DNA of 64,000 bases from Minisyncoccota bacterium (GCA_041389025.1 JAWKSP010000001.1:192002-256001); one strand, 5' to 3'; counted from the first letter of the stretch, positions 54,818-64,000 are shown. A program made the numbers and translations. Notes: generated from the sequence alone by a model not told the origin.

Positions 54818-57385
54818 ATGACTTTTATATTAATCATTTTATTATTCTTTCTATTTTTATCATATTTAAAATTACGTAATCGGGTAGATGTCTTGGAAGA
54901 TAAAATCAGACAGGAACAAAACCTAGTTAGTCAAAAGAAAGTGGAGTTTGATCCAAAGTCTGTAACTATAAAAGATAATGATTCTAGTAAAGTAGTTAAC
55001 TTAAACCAAAACAATGGTTATGAGGTATTAGAAAAGTCTACACTTAATATTGCGGATAAAGCCCCTACTGTACCAAGATCAGGTACAAGTTTTGTTCCGC
55101 AAGTCTCTGTTGTAAAAACAAAAGAAAAGGATTTCTTCTTAGTACGTTGGTTTGCCGATCATACTTTAATTAAAATCGGTAGCATCATAATATTTTTAGG
55201 AGCAATTTACTTGGTAAGTTTTGCGGTGACTTCAAAATTAATACCGCCGTCGGTTTTGGTTTCAATTGGTATTCTTTTGGGAGTTTTGTCATATGTGGTA
55301 GCTGCTTTTCGGTCATTTGTTTCAAGGACTCAGTATGTTACTTTAACTGCACTTGGTACCGGTATTGTTTCAGCTTCTTTATTTACAGCAAACATAATTT
55401 TACCTACTTTTACTTCTTGGTTGATGTTACTGCTTTTGGCTTTAAGTTTTTCTTATACGACTTATGTAGCATGGCAAACCAGAGTCACTTGGTTGGCGAT
55501 TGCTACTGGAGTAGCTGGGTTATCGGTGCCACTTTTAGTAGAAGCCGTTACTGATCCGGTCTGGCTTATGCTGTATCTTGTAGTGCTTATGGTTGGAGTG
55601 TTATTTGTTAGTTATCAGTTAGAACTCCGACCGGTGACTTTACTTATGGTGTTAGGGACTGGTTTTTATCACCTATCATTACTTAATGACGTGACAGCAC
55701 AATTGTTATGGTTTTTTGTGGTGATTTCTTCGCTGATATCTTTAGTGGCGGTAACTCTAAGTTTTATCAAAACCAAAAAACCTCATACTCTAGATGTAAT
55801 GAGTTTAGCGTCTAGCGGTATACTGTTTGTTGTTTTTGCTTCAGAGATTGCGCTTAGTGCCGGTTTGGCAACTTTTATAGCAACGATTATTTTAGGTAGT
55901 TTAGCTTACTGGTTTTCTGTTAGGAATTTTCCTTTGTCGGTAGTGTCAGTTTATATTGGTTTTGCGGTGGTTGGACTTTTACTTTCAACCAGCTTCACCT
56001 TTTCCGGTTTTACTGAAGCTTTGGCTTACACGATAGAAATTACCACCGTCTTCTTTTTGGCTACTTATCTCGGCTTCCCTTTTTCAGTCATAAGGTTGAT
56101 TGCTTTAGCTTATTTTGTTCCAGTATTTGCTTCCTTTGAACATTTCTATGCTCGTTCTTGGCAAGATGGAGTATTTCATGCTGATGGCTTGGTGCTTTAT
56201 GCGGTAGGGCTTTCATTGATTGGCGGTTCACTTTGGTTGATCCATAAGGAGGCTGTTAAAGTTTATTCATGGAGCCAGCCTTTGGCTGAAGTTTTGGGGA
56301 CGGTCGGTTTTATTTATACAATGGCAGTGACAGCTCGGATAACCAGTTCTATTTTTTATGGTGATGCAACTTGGGTGATGATGTACGTAGCTTGGGCGTT
56401 AATGTCTTTGCTTTTGATTTATTACGCGGTAAAAGTCCCTTTATCTTGTAAAGCTTTGAAAATATCTGTTCTTACACTGATACCACCGATATTAGTTAGT
56501 TTCGGATCTTTACTTTCTCCGGCTTGGTACTCAGGTTTGGATCATGTTCATGGTTTTGGCTTCATATCTATGATTACGGTTTTCTTTCTTGTGATATTGC
56601 TTTTGATTTGGATTTATCGTCGTGAATACAACCAATCGCTCAGGCAGGTGTTAGGCCTTTCAATTATTGTTTCGATTTTATACTTATTTGTAGCTCTAGG
56701 TTTGATTTTTGATCGATTACTTGAAGAAAACTTTTCAATAATTGCTACTTATACTAGTTATATGTTTATTCTCTACGGACTTATTTCTATTTTGACAATG
56801 TTTAAGTCTAATATAACTTGGCTTAAGTGGTCTCTCTTGGCTTTGGTTTGGCCACTTTTTATTTCCTTTAGTTCATTTGACTTTTCCGGTTGGGATAAAA
56901 ATGAGTCTGTAAATGCAGTTGGACTCTTCATTGTTATGGTGCTTTTGACACTAATCGCAATTAAGATTAGGTATTGTTATCGTGAGGTTGAAGAAGAAAA
57001 GAAAAAACAAATATTTAGTTGGACTAAAATTTTATTCACCACAACTTTTGTATTTGCAGTCGGTTATCTATGGTCAGTTTCTCACTCCCTACTAGCAGAT
57101 GATAAGGCCGTGACTTTATCATTATTTATCTATACCATTATTGGACTTTCTTTGTATTTATATGGTGGCAAAGACAGAAAGGAAGACTGGCGATACGGCG
57201 GAGTAGCCCTTTTGGTGTTTGTAGTCTTGCGACTAATATTGATTGATGTCTGGGAGATGGAATTATTATGGCGGGTGGTAACTTTCTTAGGAGTCGGTGT
57301 TCTTTTTGTAATGACAGCTTTGTTTGAAAAACAAAACACTAAAATAGAAATGGTAAAAGATACGACGGTCGACGATACCAAATAA
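54818..57385 (+). CDS. large polytopic membrane protein (about 20 TM; DUF2339-like), hypothetical
   Basis: 855 aa; N-terminal TM then 90-aa soluble segment then many hydrophobic helices. Confidence 0.55.
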   Translation: MTFILIILLFFLFLSYLKLRNRVDVLEDKIRQEQNLVSQKKVEFDPKSVTIKDNDSSKVVNLNQNNGYEVLEKSTLNIADKAPTVPRSGTSFVPQVSVVKTKEKDFFLVRWFADHTLIKIGSIIIFLGAIYLVSFAVTSKLIPPSVLVSIGILLGVLSYVVAAFRSFVSRTQYVTLTALGTGIVSASLFTANIILPTFTSWLMLLLLALSFSYTTYVAWQTRVTWLAIATGVAGLSVPLLVEAVTDPVWLMLYLVVLMVGVLFVSYQLELRPVTLLMVLGTGFYHLSLLNDVTAQLLWFFVVISSLISLVAVTLSFIKTKKPHTLDVMSLASSGILFVVFASEIALSAGLATFIATIILGSLAYWFSVRNFPLSVVSVYIGFAVVGLLLSTSFTFSGFTEALAYTIEITTVFFLATYLGFPFSVIRLIALAYFVPVFASFEHFYARSWQDGVFHADGLVLYAVGLSLIGGSLWLIHKEAVKVYSWSQPLAEVLGTVGFIYTMAVTARITSSIFYGDATWVMMYVAWALMSLLLIYYAVKVPLSCKALKISVLTLIPPILVSFGSLLSPAWYSGLDHVHGFGFISMITVFFLVILLLIWIYRREYNQSLRQVLGLSIIVSILYLFVALGLIFDRLLEENFSIIATYTSYMFILYGLISILTMFKSNITWLKWSLLALVWPLFISFSSFDFSGWDKNESVNAVGLFIVMVLLTLIAIKIRYCYREVEEEKKKQIFSWTKILFTTTFVFAVGYLWSVSHSLLADDKAVTLSLFIYTIIGLSLYLYGGKDRKEDWRYGGVALLVFVVLRLILIDVWEMELLWRVVTFLGVGVLFVMTALFEKQNTKIEMVKDTTVDDTK

Positions 57386-57398
57386 AAAAGTAAAAAAC

Positions 57399-57434
57399 AA
57401 AAGCCCTGCGCCTACGGCGCAGGGCTTTTGTTTT
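57399..57434 (+). terminator. intrinsic terminator containing second copy of GC-rich palindrome (gccctgcgcc-tac-ggcgcagggc plus T-run)
   Basis: aaaagccctgcgcctacggcgcagggcttttgtttt immediately 3' of the 855-aa gene. Confidence 0.65.
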
Positions 57435-57553
57435 CCTTGCAATATTTATAATTTAGTATATAAATTTCAATAGTAGTACACGTTGTAGTTTCTATTATTA
57501 AGATTTTCTTAATAAGTTAGAAATCACTTTCTTTTCTTTAAAAGGAGAAACTC

Positions 57554-58390
57554 ATGAGTAGTTTAACTGAAGCAATAGAAGGAAAAACTAAAATCATTAC
57601 ACCATTTAAAAACGTTTCGAATATTGGTGTTGTTACAGCAAAAGATGACATTACCGCTGGTGATGGGGCAAAACATGACATAATGTCAGGTAAAGCAAAA
57701 TTAGCTACTCGCACCACTTGTAATGTTTTTGATTTTTTACACAAAGGTAAAATACCTTTGGCTTATATTGGTAGAGATACTCCAACCACCTTTTTAACTT
57801 GGGTTTGCAGTATGATACCAATTGAGGTGGTGGTGAGATTTGTGGCTACTGGTTCTTATTTAAAACGTAATCCGGATATTACAGATGGAACAGTTTTTGA
57901 TGAACCGGTGGTTGAGTTTTTTTACAAAACTAACGGTCAAAAGTTTGGTAATCAAGGTATAGGGTGTGATGACCCTCTGATGGTGATTAATGATAAAGGA
58001 GATAATTTTAATCTTTATTACCCGCATAAACCAATTGATCATAATGGTTATGTTGCCAACTCTTCGTCGGTATATAGTTCATCTGAGACTGGGTCATTGA
58101 CATCAAAATTGATCATATGTCGTAAGCTTGCTCTGAGTGCAACTTCGTGTTTAGATGTTGCTTGGCAATTCTTGGGTGGAGAGTTGTATGATTTAAAATT
58201 TGAGTTCGGTATACGTCCCGACGGTGACCAAATTGTTTTGGCGGACGTTGTAGATTGTGATAGTTGGCGAGTTATGTGGAATGGTATTCAGTTATCCAAA
58301 CAGCCGTACAGGGATGGAGTTGAGGTCGAAGAGATCTTAGATATTTATCGTTTGGCAGCCTCTTTAACTGACCGGTTTACGATACTGTAG
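57554..58390 (+). CDS. purC: phosphoribosylaminoimidazole-succinocarboxamide (SAICAR) synthase
   Basis: GKTK...DDITAGDGAKHD...IPIEVVVRFVATGSYLKR...DLKFEFG align with E. coli PurC motifs; SD aaaggag 8 nt upstream. Confidence 0.75.
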   Translation: MSSLTEAIEGKTKIITPFKNVSNIGVVTAKDDITAGDGAKHDIMSGKAKLATRTTCNVFDFLHKGKIPLAYIGRDTPTTFLTWVCSMIPIEVVVRFVATGSYLKRNPDITDGTVFDEPVVEFFYKTNGQKFGNQGIGCDDPLMVINDKGDNFNLYYPHKPIDHNGYVANSSSVYSSSETGSLTSKLIICRKLALSATSCLDVAWQFLGGELYDLKFEFGIRPDGDQIVLADVVDCDSWRVMWNGIQLSKQPYRDGVEVEEILDIYRLAASLTDRFTIL

Positions 58391-58406
58391 CTCGAGTCGT
58401 TTATAT

Positions 58407-58441
58407 AAAACCCCCGACACTAATGCAGTGTCGGGGTTTTA
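58407..58441. terminator. bidirectional hairpin aaaacccccgacac-taatgca-gtgtcgggggtttt
   Basis: Perfect stem with flanking A/T runs between purC (+) and the M14 peptidase (-). Confidence 0.65.
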
Positions 58442-58457
58442 TTTATATTTATTTAGT

Positions 58458-59369
58458 TTATCTAGCGATTTTGTAATAGTCAATTACTGCTTCAAAACCT
58501 TCTTTGTTTTTAAACCAATCCATTTCATCTCTGGTACTTAATTCTACTGTAATTGCTGGTATACCAATAGAAGCCAACCAGCCTTCAGCGTCACCACTAA
58601 TTGGGTAAGCATCAAAGCTGTCAACTGAAGGATAATTGGCAGCGGTTGCGTAAGTATCCATAAGAGTTAAAGTTTCAGGAAGTATTCCTTCTTCACACTC
58701 TGAGGCATAGACCGCGTTGGCTTGGCTATGCCAGAAAGCTACCGCTTTGGGTTTTATTTCTTCTACATAATTTTTAAGTGCTAAAGCTTCCGGTTCTGAA
58801 AAAGCTTGACTACCAGCATCGACTATCTGTCCGCGCCAAGTACTGGTAGGTTGCCATTTGCAAGCAAAATTTCGGTTTAGATCAACATCGTTAGCGTTGA
58901 AGCGGGCGGTGGCAAGTACGTTTATATCACTGGTTGAGACATCCAACTCAGTAAATTTTCCTTCTTTACCAACTATCTTGTATAGACCATCCGGATTTAG
59001 TGAAGGAATTATTTTTATGGTTAAAGTATCTGGTATAACTATTCGACTAGTCTCTAATTCATCAATAAACTGATAAGCTAAAAGTGAACTATTCCACTCA
59101 TAACCACCATGAATCCCTCCGACAAATACTAGAGTTGTTGGCCCGGTACCAAAAGTGTAGCTTTCTATGTTTCTACCTTCTACCGAAGTACCGATAATTT
59201 TTATATTTGATTCGGCTGGTTCGGCTGAAGTTATTATTTCTTCCACCTCTACTGTTTTTGGTGTAGGTTCTTCCTTTAGAGCAAAGTATGAAGCTGTTGC
59301 TGTAAGGATTACAGCAACAGCTATCAGTACTATTACTAAAGGAAGTAGTTTTTTTTCTTCCTCAGTCAT
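58458..59369 (-). CDS. M14-family zinc carboxypeptidase-like protein, membrane-anchored
   Basis: 303 aa; N-terminal TM; GGIHGGYEWNS (HxxE zinc site), LNPDG, FWHSQ third His. Confidence 0.65.
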   Translation of the reverse strand: MTEEEKKLLPLVIVLIAVAVILTATASYFALKEEPTPKTVEVEEIITSAEPAESNIKIIGTSVEGRNIESYTFGTGPTTLVFVGGIHGGYEWNSSLLAYQFIDELETSRIVIPDTLTIKIIPSLNPDGLYKIVGKEGKFTELDVSTSDINVLATARFNANDVDLNRNFACKWQPTSTWRGQIVDAGSQAFSEPEALALKNYVEEIKPKAVAFWHSQANAVYASECEEGILPETLTLMDTYATAANYPSVDSFDAYPISGDAEGWLASIGIPAITVELSTRDEMDWFKNKEGFEAVIDYYKIAR

Positions 59370-59377
59370 TTTATTTA

Positions 59378-60328
59378 TTAGTTATTAGCGTAATGTTTTA
59401 TAACTGCTTCTATACCAGCTTTATTTTTAGTCCATTCTGTTTGTTCATGAGTAGTAAGGAGGACGCTGATGGCTGGAATATTTTTACTAGCAAACCAGTT
59501 AACCATGTCACCGGTAATTTCGTAGTAATCAAATTCTTCAAAGGCTTGATAACCGGAAGCTTTGGCGTATAGGTTGGTTAAGGCTAAAGTGTCTGATGAG
59601 ATACCGTTTCGACAACTTGAGGCGTAAACACCACCAGCAGCACTGTACCAAGTAACAGCGGCTACTGGATTGTAATTATTTACATAATCTCTAATTGCTT
59701 TACTTTCCGGCTCTGAAAAAGCTGTTTTTCCACCACTTACTTCTCTGTCTTGCCAGGTACCGACCGGTTGCCATTCACAATCAAAATTTCGGTTCAAATC
59801 GACATTATTAGCGTTAAATCTGCCTTCGGTTCGGTTTTGACTGCTGACTTGTGATGCAGAGAATTTTCCAGTGGTACCGGTAACTTTTTCTAGTCCGTCT
59901 GGGTTAAGAACGGGGATGACTGTCACTGTTACATTTTCAGGTATGGCGTTAGGGTTGTCCTTAAGCCAATCAATCATTTCAAAAGCTACTAAAGCAGTAT
60001 TCCAAGAATAACCACCATGAATCCCTCCGACAAATAATATTTCGTTTTCACCTTGACCAAAGTGGTAGGCTTTTATGTCGTTACCTGCTACAGATTTTCC
60101 AATAATAGTTTCTGGACCACGATTTTGGTTATTATTTTCGGTTGGTTCTAATATATCAATCGGAGTTTCTTCAACCACGTTCACGTTATCTTCCGGTATA
60201 TTAGTGTTGGTTTCTTCTGGATCTTTTGTGTAGGTTTCATCACTACTTTTGTTAAAGAAATAAAACGCACTCCCTCCAGCTAATAATAAAACTATAATAA
60301 CTACAATTAAAACATTTTTCATATACAT
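59378..60328 (-). CDS. M14-family zinc carboxypeptidase-like protein (tandem paralogue)
   Basis: 316 aa; same motifs GGIHGGYSWNT, LNPDG, TWYSAAGG...; paralogous to the 58458-59369 gene. Confidence 0.65.
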   Translation of the reverse strand: MYMKNVLIVVIIVLLLAGGSAFYFFNKSSDETYTKDPEETNTNIPEDNVNVVEETPIDILEPTENNNQNRGPETIIGKSVAGNDIKAYHFGQGENEILFVGGIHGGYSWNTALVAFEMIDWLKDNPNAIPENVTVTVIPVLNPDGLEKVTGTTGKFSASQVSSQNRTEGRFNANNVDLNRNFDCEWQPVGTWQDREVSGGKTAFSEPESKAIRDYVNNYNPVAAVTWYSAAGGVYASSCRNGISSDTLALTNLYAKASGYQAFEEFDYYEITGDMVNWFASKNIPAISVLLTTHEQTEWTKNKAGIEAVIKHYANN

Positions 60329-60354
60329 ACATTGTATGATATATGAGCGTTGTT

Positions 60355-60412
60355 GGCTAGACAGAGTAAAAAAGCGACGGCTTTAGCCGTCGCTTTTTTA
60401 CTCTGTCTAGCC
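60355..60412. terminator. 58-bp perfect palindrome (27-bp arms) downstream of the clpB-like gene
   Basis: ggctagacagagtaaaaaagcgacggc ttta gccgtcgcttttttactctgtctagcc. Confidence 0.6.
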
Positions 60413-60413
60413 T

Positions 60414-62849
60414 TTAAACAACCCTTAATTCTTCCTCGCTAAAATCTCCTTTAGTAAGTGTAATAGTATCACCTTTATTAACCTCCCCACTAATCATTTT
60501 CTGGGCAATTTTTTCCTCAATTAAATCTTGGATAACTCTTTGCATTGGTCTAGCTCCAAACTGTGGACTATACCCCTTTTCTACCAATATATCCATCAAA
60601 TCTCGAGTTAGTTTTAATTCATAACCCCTATCTTTGATTCTTTCGTATAAGTTTTTAAGCATAAGTCCAGCCACTTGTCCTTGTTCTTCAACATTTAATG
60701 GTTCAAATATAATTGTGCTGTCAAAACGGTTTATTAATTCTGGTCTATATATTCCTTGTTTGATAATGTAATCAATAATCTCTTGGTTTAAAGAAGTCAT
60801 TTCTTTTCTCTGTTCAATTGTCTTTCTGATCAAGTCACTACCGGCGTTTGAAGTGGCGATAATAATAGTATTCCGAGCGTTAATTTTTTGCCCACGAGCG
60901 TCCGTAAAAACTCCTTCATCAAGTATTTGTAAAAAGACATCATGTACTGGCTTGGCAGCTTTTTCAAATTCATCAAGTAGCAAAACAGCATAAGGATGCT
61001 CTTTAAGCATATTTGACAATATTCCAGTTTGGTTTCCGTTACCAATTATTTTATCTAGTGCTTCTTCCCCACTAAATTCAGACATATCCAAACGATGCAT
61101 TTTATTTTCAGCTCCAAAAAAGATAAAAGCTAAAGCTTTGGCTGTTTCAGTCTTGCCAACGCCGGTTGGTCCTAAGAAAAGAAATGATCCGATTGGTTTA
61201 TCATCAGCTTGAATACCGGCTCTGGCTCTTCGCATAGTACCGGCGATAGCGTCTAGGGCTCGTTGCTGACCAATTACTCTTTCGTGTAATTTTTCTTCAA
61301 GGTTAAGTAGCAGATTTCGTTCTTTTTCTTCAATTGGTCCGGTTGGGATACCGGTTTTATCACTGACTATTTCATATACATAATCGGCATTTATTAATCC
61401 CACTTTGGCTTGATTAGCTCTGGTGGCTATATCAATCAGTAATTCTACAGCCTTGTCTGGCATAGTTCCTTCGACTATATACCGATCAGCCGCTTCAGTA
61501 ACAGCTTTAAGTGAAGCATAGGTAAAAATGGTTTGGTAACGACTTTCATTTTTTAAAGCTATTTCTTGAAGAACTCTGGTTGTGCTGGATAAATTTGGTT
61601 CATCAATTAGAACTTCAGCAAAACGTCTAGCAAAACCACCTAGAGACTCAAGGTGAGTATGATAGGCTCCTGGTGTATCAGTGGCTATTACGTGTAAAGC
61701 ACTAGTAGCTAAAAATGAATCAATAAGTTCTGGTATATAGACACCAAGTGCCTCAGCTTCTCTAACAAAAGTACTTAAATTTTCTATAACTATTATTATA
61801 TTACCAGCCTTTACCGCCTCATTAAAAAGTGAAAGAATAGTTAACTCCAAAGATTGCTTATCTTTAGTCGTGGCAAATATACTATTAGTATCAAGTAGTA
61901 TCATTTGTTGACCTTGAATTGAGGCTAAAGATTTTCCACTATGCATTCTTTTATTAACTTCCAATATAAGGTCTATCTTTCCTACCCCAGCTTCTCCTAT
62001 AACTAACACGTTGGCGGCCTTGGCTCTGGCTAAAGCTACTTCTATCTCAGCTATTTTTTCTTCAGTAAAAGCCGTATTGTTTTGTGATAAATTTGTGTAA
62101 ACAGCTCCGGTTTTTAAATCTCGAGAAAATTTTTGTAGATTATAAGCAACTCCATATGACCACTCACGGCCAATTCCTTCAGTTCGAGAAAGATTATCTT
62201 TACTCCACCATCGCTCCCTTCTTTTTTCATTTATATGTGAAGTAACCACCCACTCCAATGAGCCAATAAATATTTCATTTGTGACGCCTTGGTCCTTAAG
62301 CATTTTGCTAAAAGCGCTATCTTGTTGCAGTAGGTATTTACCAAGTGACACTAAAGTAAATATTTGCCCGTCCGGCAAAGGTATCATATTGCTGCTAATT
62401 TTAGTTCTGGGATTTTTAATGAAGTTGTCTATAGCATCGGTGTCAACACCAGCTCTTAGCATGATAACTGTTCCTAAACGTGATAAACAAAATGATTTAG
62501 TAACATCCTCCTCATCTCTCTGTAAGGTTTCTGCTACTTCAAAGGTGGCACCACTGATTTTTTCATCGGAAAAACCAATAATTGAATTTAAACCATAAAA
62601 ATAAAAACTATTGAAATAACTATATATAAGTATTTGTTCAAGCCATAACCCAGCAAATATAATACTTAGTCCAAAAAATAAACTGGCCGGTCCGGTAAAT
62701 ACAAATTGAAGTAATATGCCGGTAACGGCAGTAATAAAAGCCAAAAAGAAAAAAGTCAGTCGAAGAAAATGGAGTAAACTCCTTTTCAAGATTTTAGTCA
62801 ATCTAATTACAGGACGGTATCTTTTTATGTCTTCAGCTAAAGTGTACAT
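60414..62849 (-). CDS. ClpB/ClpC-family double-AAA+ ATPase with N-terminal transmembrane anchor
   Basis: 811 aa; 2 N-terminal TM; Clp-N-like repeat; NBD1 Walker A GEAGVGKI (non-canonical), NBD2 Walker A GPTGVGKTE, Walker B LLLDEFEKA; sensor-2 region. Confidence 0.75.
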   Translation of the reverse strand: MYTLAEDIKRYRPVIRLTKILKRSLLHFLRLTFFFLAFITAVTGILLQFVFTGPASLFFGLSIIFAGLWLEQILIYSYFNSFYFYGLNSIIGFSDEKISGATFEVAETLQRDEEDVTKSFCLSRLGTVIMLRAGVDTDAIDNFIKNPRTKISSNMIPLPDGQIFTLVSLGKYLLQQDSAFSKMLKDQGVTNEIFIGSLEWVVTSHINEKRRERWWSKDNLSRTEGIGREWSYGVAYNLQKFSRDLKTGAVYTNLSQNNTAFTEEKIAEIEVALARAKAANVLVIGEAGVGKIDLILEVNKRMHSGKSLASIQGQQMILLDTNSIFATTKDKQSLELTILSLFNEAVKAGNIIIVIENLSTFVREAEALGVYIPELIDSFLATSALHVIATDTPGAYHTHLESLGGFARRFAEVLIDEPNLSSTTRVLQEIALKNESRYQTIFTYASLKAVTEAADRYIVEGTMPDKAVELLIDIATRANQAKVGLINADYVYEIVSDKTGIPTGPIEEKERNLLLNLEEKLHERVIGQQRALDAIAGTMRRARAGIQADDKPIGSFLFLGPTGVGKTETAKALAFIFFGAENKMHRLDMSEFSGEEALDKIIGNGNQTGILSNMLKEHPYAVLLLDEFEKAAKPVHDVFLQILDEGVFTDARGQKINARNTIIIATSNAGSDLIRKTIEQRKEMTSLNQEIIDYIIKQGIYRPELINRFDSTIIFEPLNVEEQGQVAGLMLKNLYERIKDRGYELKLTRDLMDILVEKGYSPQFGARPMQRVIQDLIEEKIAQKMISGEVNKGDTITLTKGDFSEEELRVV

Positions 62850-62863
62850 ATATTATATATAAA

Positions 62864-63253
62864 TTATGAAAATATCAGTACCAAACCATAAAATAAAGAG
62901 CCAACAATTATAATTGGTGCCAAAAACCAAAAGAGATAAATTAAAACAATTCCAACACACAAAAGTAACAATATGACACTACCGGTAAGAATAAAAGTTA
63001 ATCGCAAGACCATACCGATGATTCTAGAGATAAGACCGATTATTATAAAACCGGCCAAATCTTCTAGGTTAAAAGTCTCTCCTCTATCTTCAGTCATTCT
63101 TTTCCATGGTGAAAAAAATGATTTTAATAATTGAGGTAGTGAGAAAAAGTTAACTATAAACCAAAATATATTTGACCAAACATGTAGTATCTCGCTGAAG
63201 GCTTTAGTGTAATGCCATAAAATATAATGATGTAAAATTGAGGTAAAAAGCAT
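62864..63253 (-). CDS. hypothetical membrane protein
   Basis: 129 aa; 3-4 TM. Confidence 0.35.
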   Translation of the reverse strand: MLFTSILHHYILWHYTKAFSEILHVWSNIFWFIVNFFSLPQLLKSFFSPWKRMTEDRGETFNLEDLAGFIIIGLISRIIGMVLRLTFILTGSVILLLLCVGIVLIYLFWFLAPIIIVGSLFYGLVLIFS

Positions 63254-63365
63254 TACTTTTTAGTATACAACTATCAATGATAATTTTTAGCTTTTAATAA
63301 ACAAGTAAATAAAACACAGCCAAGGCAAGCCTTGGCTGTATTTTATTTTTGCTACTATAATTTAC

Positions 63366-63581
63366 TTAAGCAGCAGCAACTTCAGTGCGTTGTACGTTAG
63401 TAGCTGCTGGACCTTTGGGTCCGTCTTCTACTTCAAAAGTAACCTTATCACCTTCATGTAGATCATCAAAAGATATGTCTACTAAAGATTGAGCGTGAAA
63501 GAAAACGTCCTTGCCACCCTCTTCATCTGGCTTAATAAAACCAAAACCTTTATCTTTTATTCGAACAATTGTTCCTGTCAT
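63366..63581 (-). CDS. cold-shock protein (CspA family)
   Basis: MTGTIVRIKDKGFGFIKPDEEGGKDVFFHAQS: RNP1/RNP2 motifs of the cold-shock domain. Confidence 0.9.
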   Translation of the reverse strand: MTGTIVRIKDKGFGFIKPDEEGGKDVFFHAQSLVDISFDDLHEGDKVTFEVEDGPKGPAATNVQRTEVAAA

Positions 63582-63803
63582 ATTTTTTATTTTTTACTTC
63601 TTTTAACCTTAAACGTCCCTTCACCTTATCAACGCACTTTTGCCTTGCCTCAATCAGGAGCTGGTTTCGTTACCTGTATTAAAGCATAAAGCTGTACAAA
63701 CACAAGCACTTTAGTTGAAATAAAGAAGGTAACATAAGGTTTATAAAATTTTTGCTAAGAAAAGTTATTTTTTACAATATTAAAAAAATCTATTTGAGAT
63801 AAA

Positions 63804-63836
63804 AAGTAGGCGAAAACCGAAGGTTTTCGCCTACTT
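63804..63836. terminator. hairpin aagtaggcgaaaacc-gaa-ggttttcgcctactt
   Basis: Perfect 15-bp stem between csp upstream region and partial ORF 3' end. Confidence 0.5.
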
Positions 63837-63855
63837 ACATTATCATTAAAAAACT

Positions 63856-64000
63856 TTAAAGTTTAATATGATTGGCAAATTTACCAATAAATGGTAGACC
63901 CTCTTCTTTTTGTTGTAAGACGTTAAGTATACCGATAATTGCAAAAATAAATAAGCCGATTTGCAGAATTATCAATAAAGGTTTTACAATCATCAACAAA
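63856..64000 (-). CDS. C-terminal fragment of a membrane protein (gene starts beyond window end)
   Basis: Reverse frame reads ...LLMIVKPLLIILQIGLFIFAIIGILNVLQQKEEGLPFIGKFANHIKL*. Confidence 0.3.
   Translation of the reverse strand, partial: LLMIVKPLLIILQIGLFIFAIIGILNVLQQKEEGLPFIGKFANHIKL

Noticed and set aside
1-64000. CRISPR arrays, rRNA genes, IS elements or transposases, and prophage blocks
   Set aside because: No spacer-repeat periodicity, no rRNA-like conserved stretches, and no DDE or serine-recombinase transposase signatures were found. The single tyrosine recombinase is XerC/D-like, with housekeeping neighbours and no phage structural genes.

Overview
This 64-kb window is a low-GC chromosomal segment from a reduced-genome bacterium. 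By inference it is CPR/Patescibacteria-like (Saccharibacteria-type gene content), and it uses the standard genetic code, because long housekeeping ORFs are intact. Coding density is very high and almost every intergenic gap carries a long perfect hairpin terminator. The window contains the replication-origin neighbourhood: dnaA and dnaN with an AT-rich intergenic spacer carrying DnaA-box-like motifs, then rpmH, rnpA and yidC. Housekeeping genes present are polA, holA-like, tsaE, tyrS, a class A PBP, murE-like, lnt, ddl (partial), ruvA, ruvB-yebC-ruvC, pcrA/uvrD, ksgA, pnp, rpsO, rpsT, a cspA-like cold-shock gene, xerC/D-like, comM and a clpB-like gene. There is also a DtxR-regulated metal ABC importer operon, a tRNA-Lys(UUU), an orphan PilB/GspE ATPase, and tandem NUDIX and tandem M14 peptidase pairs. 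The most notable feature is an ~11.8-kb, 11-gene co-directional cluster (28727-40483, minus strand) directly after yidC. It encodes a VirB4-family ATPase whose N-terminal domain sits in a separate ORF, a VirB3/PrgI-like protein, a VirB6/TrbL-like polytopic protein, a VirB2/TrbC-like pilin fused to a cysteine-rich C-terminal domain, and six uncharacterisable membrane or secreted proteins. No VirD4, VirB11 or relaxase is present, so it is a minimal T4SS-like apparatus of unknown function. Other observations worth a second look are: the DnaA N-terminal domain is encoded upstream of any canonical start codon; an in-frame TGA splits a DMT/EamA transporter; a GC-rich palindromic (REP-like) element occurs in at least three copies; a roughly 140-nt structured inverted-repeat element follows pilB; a long palindrome incorporates the tRNA-Lys 3' end; a hyper-acidic small protein is present; and there is a membrane-anchored ClpB-like ATPase with a degenerate first Walker A. 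No CRISPR array, rRNA, transposase or obvious prophage was seen.
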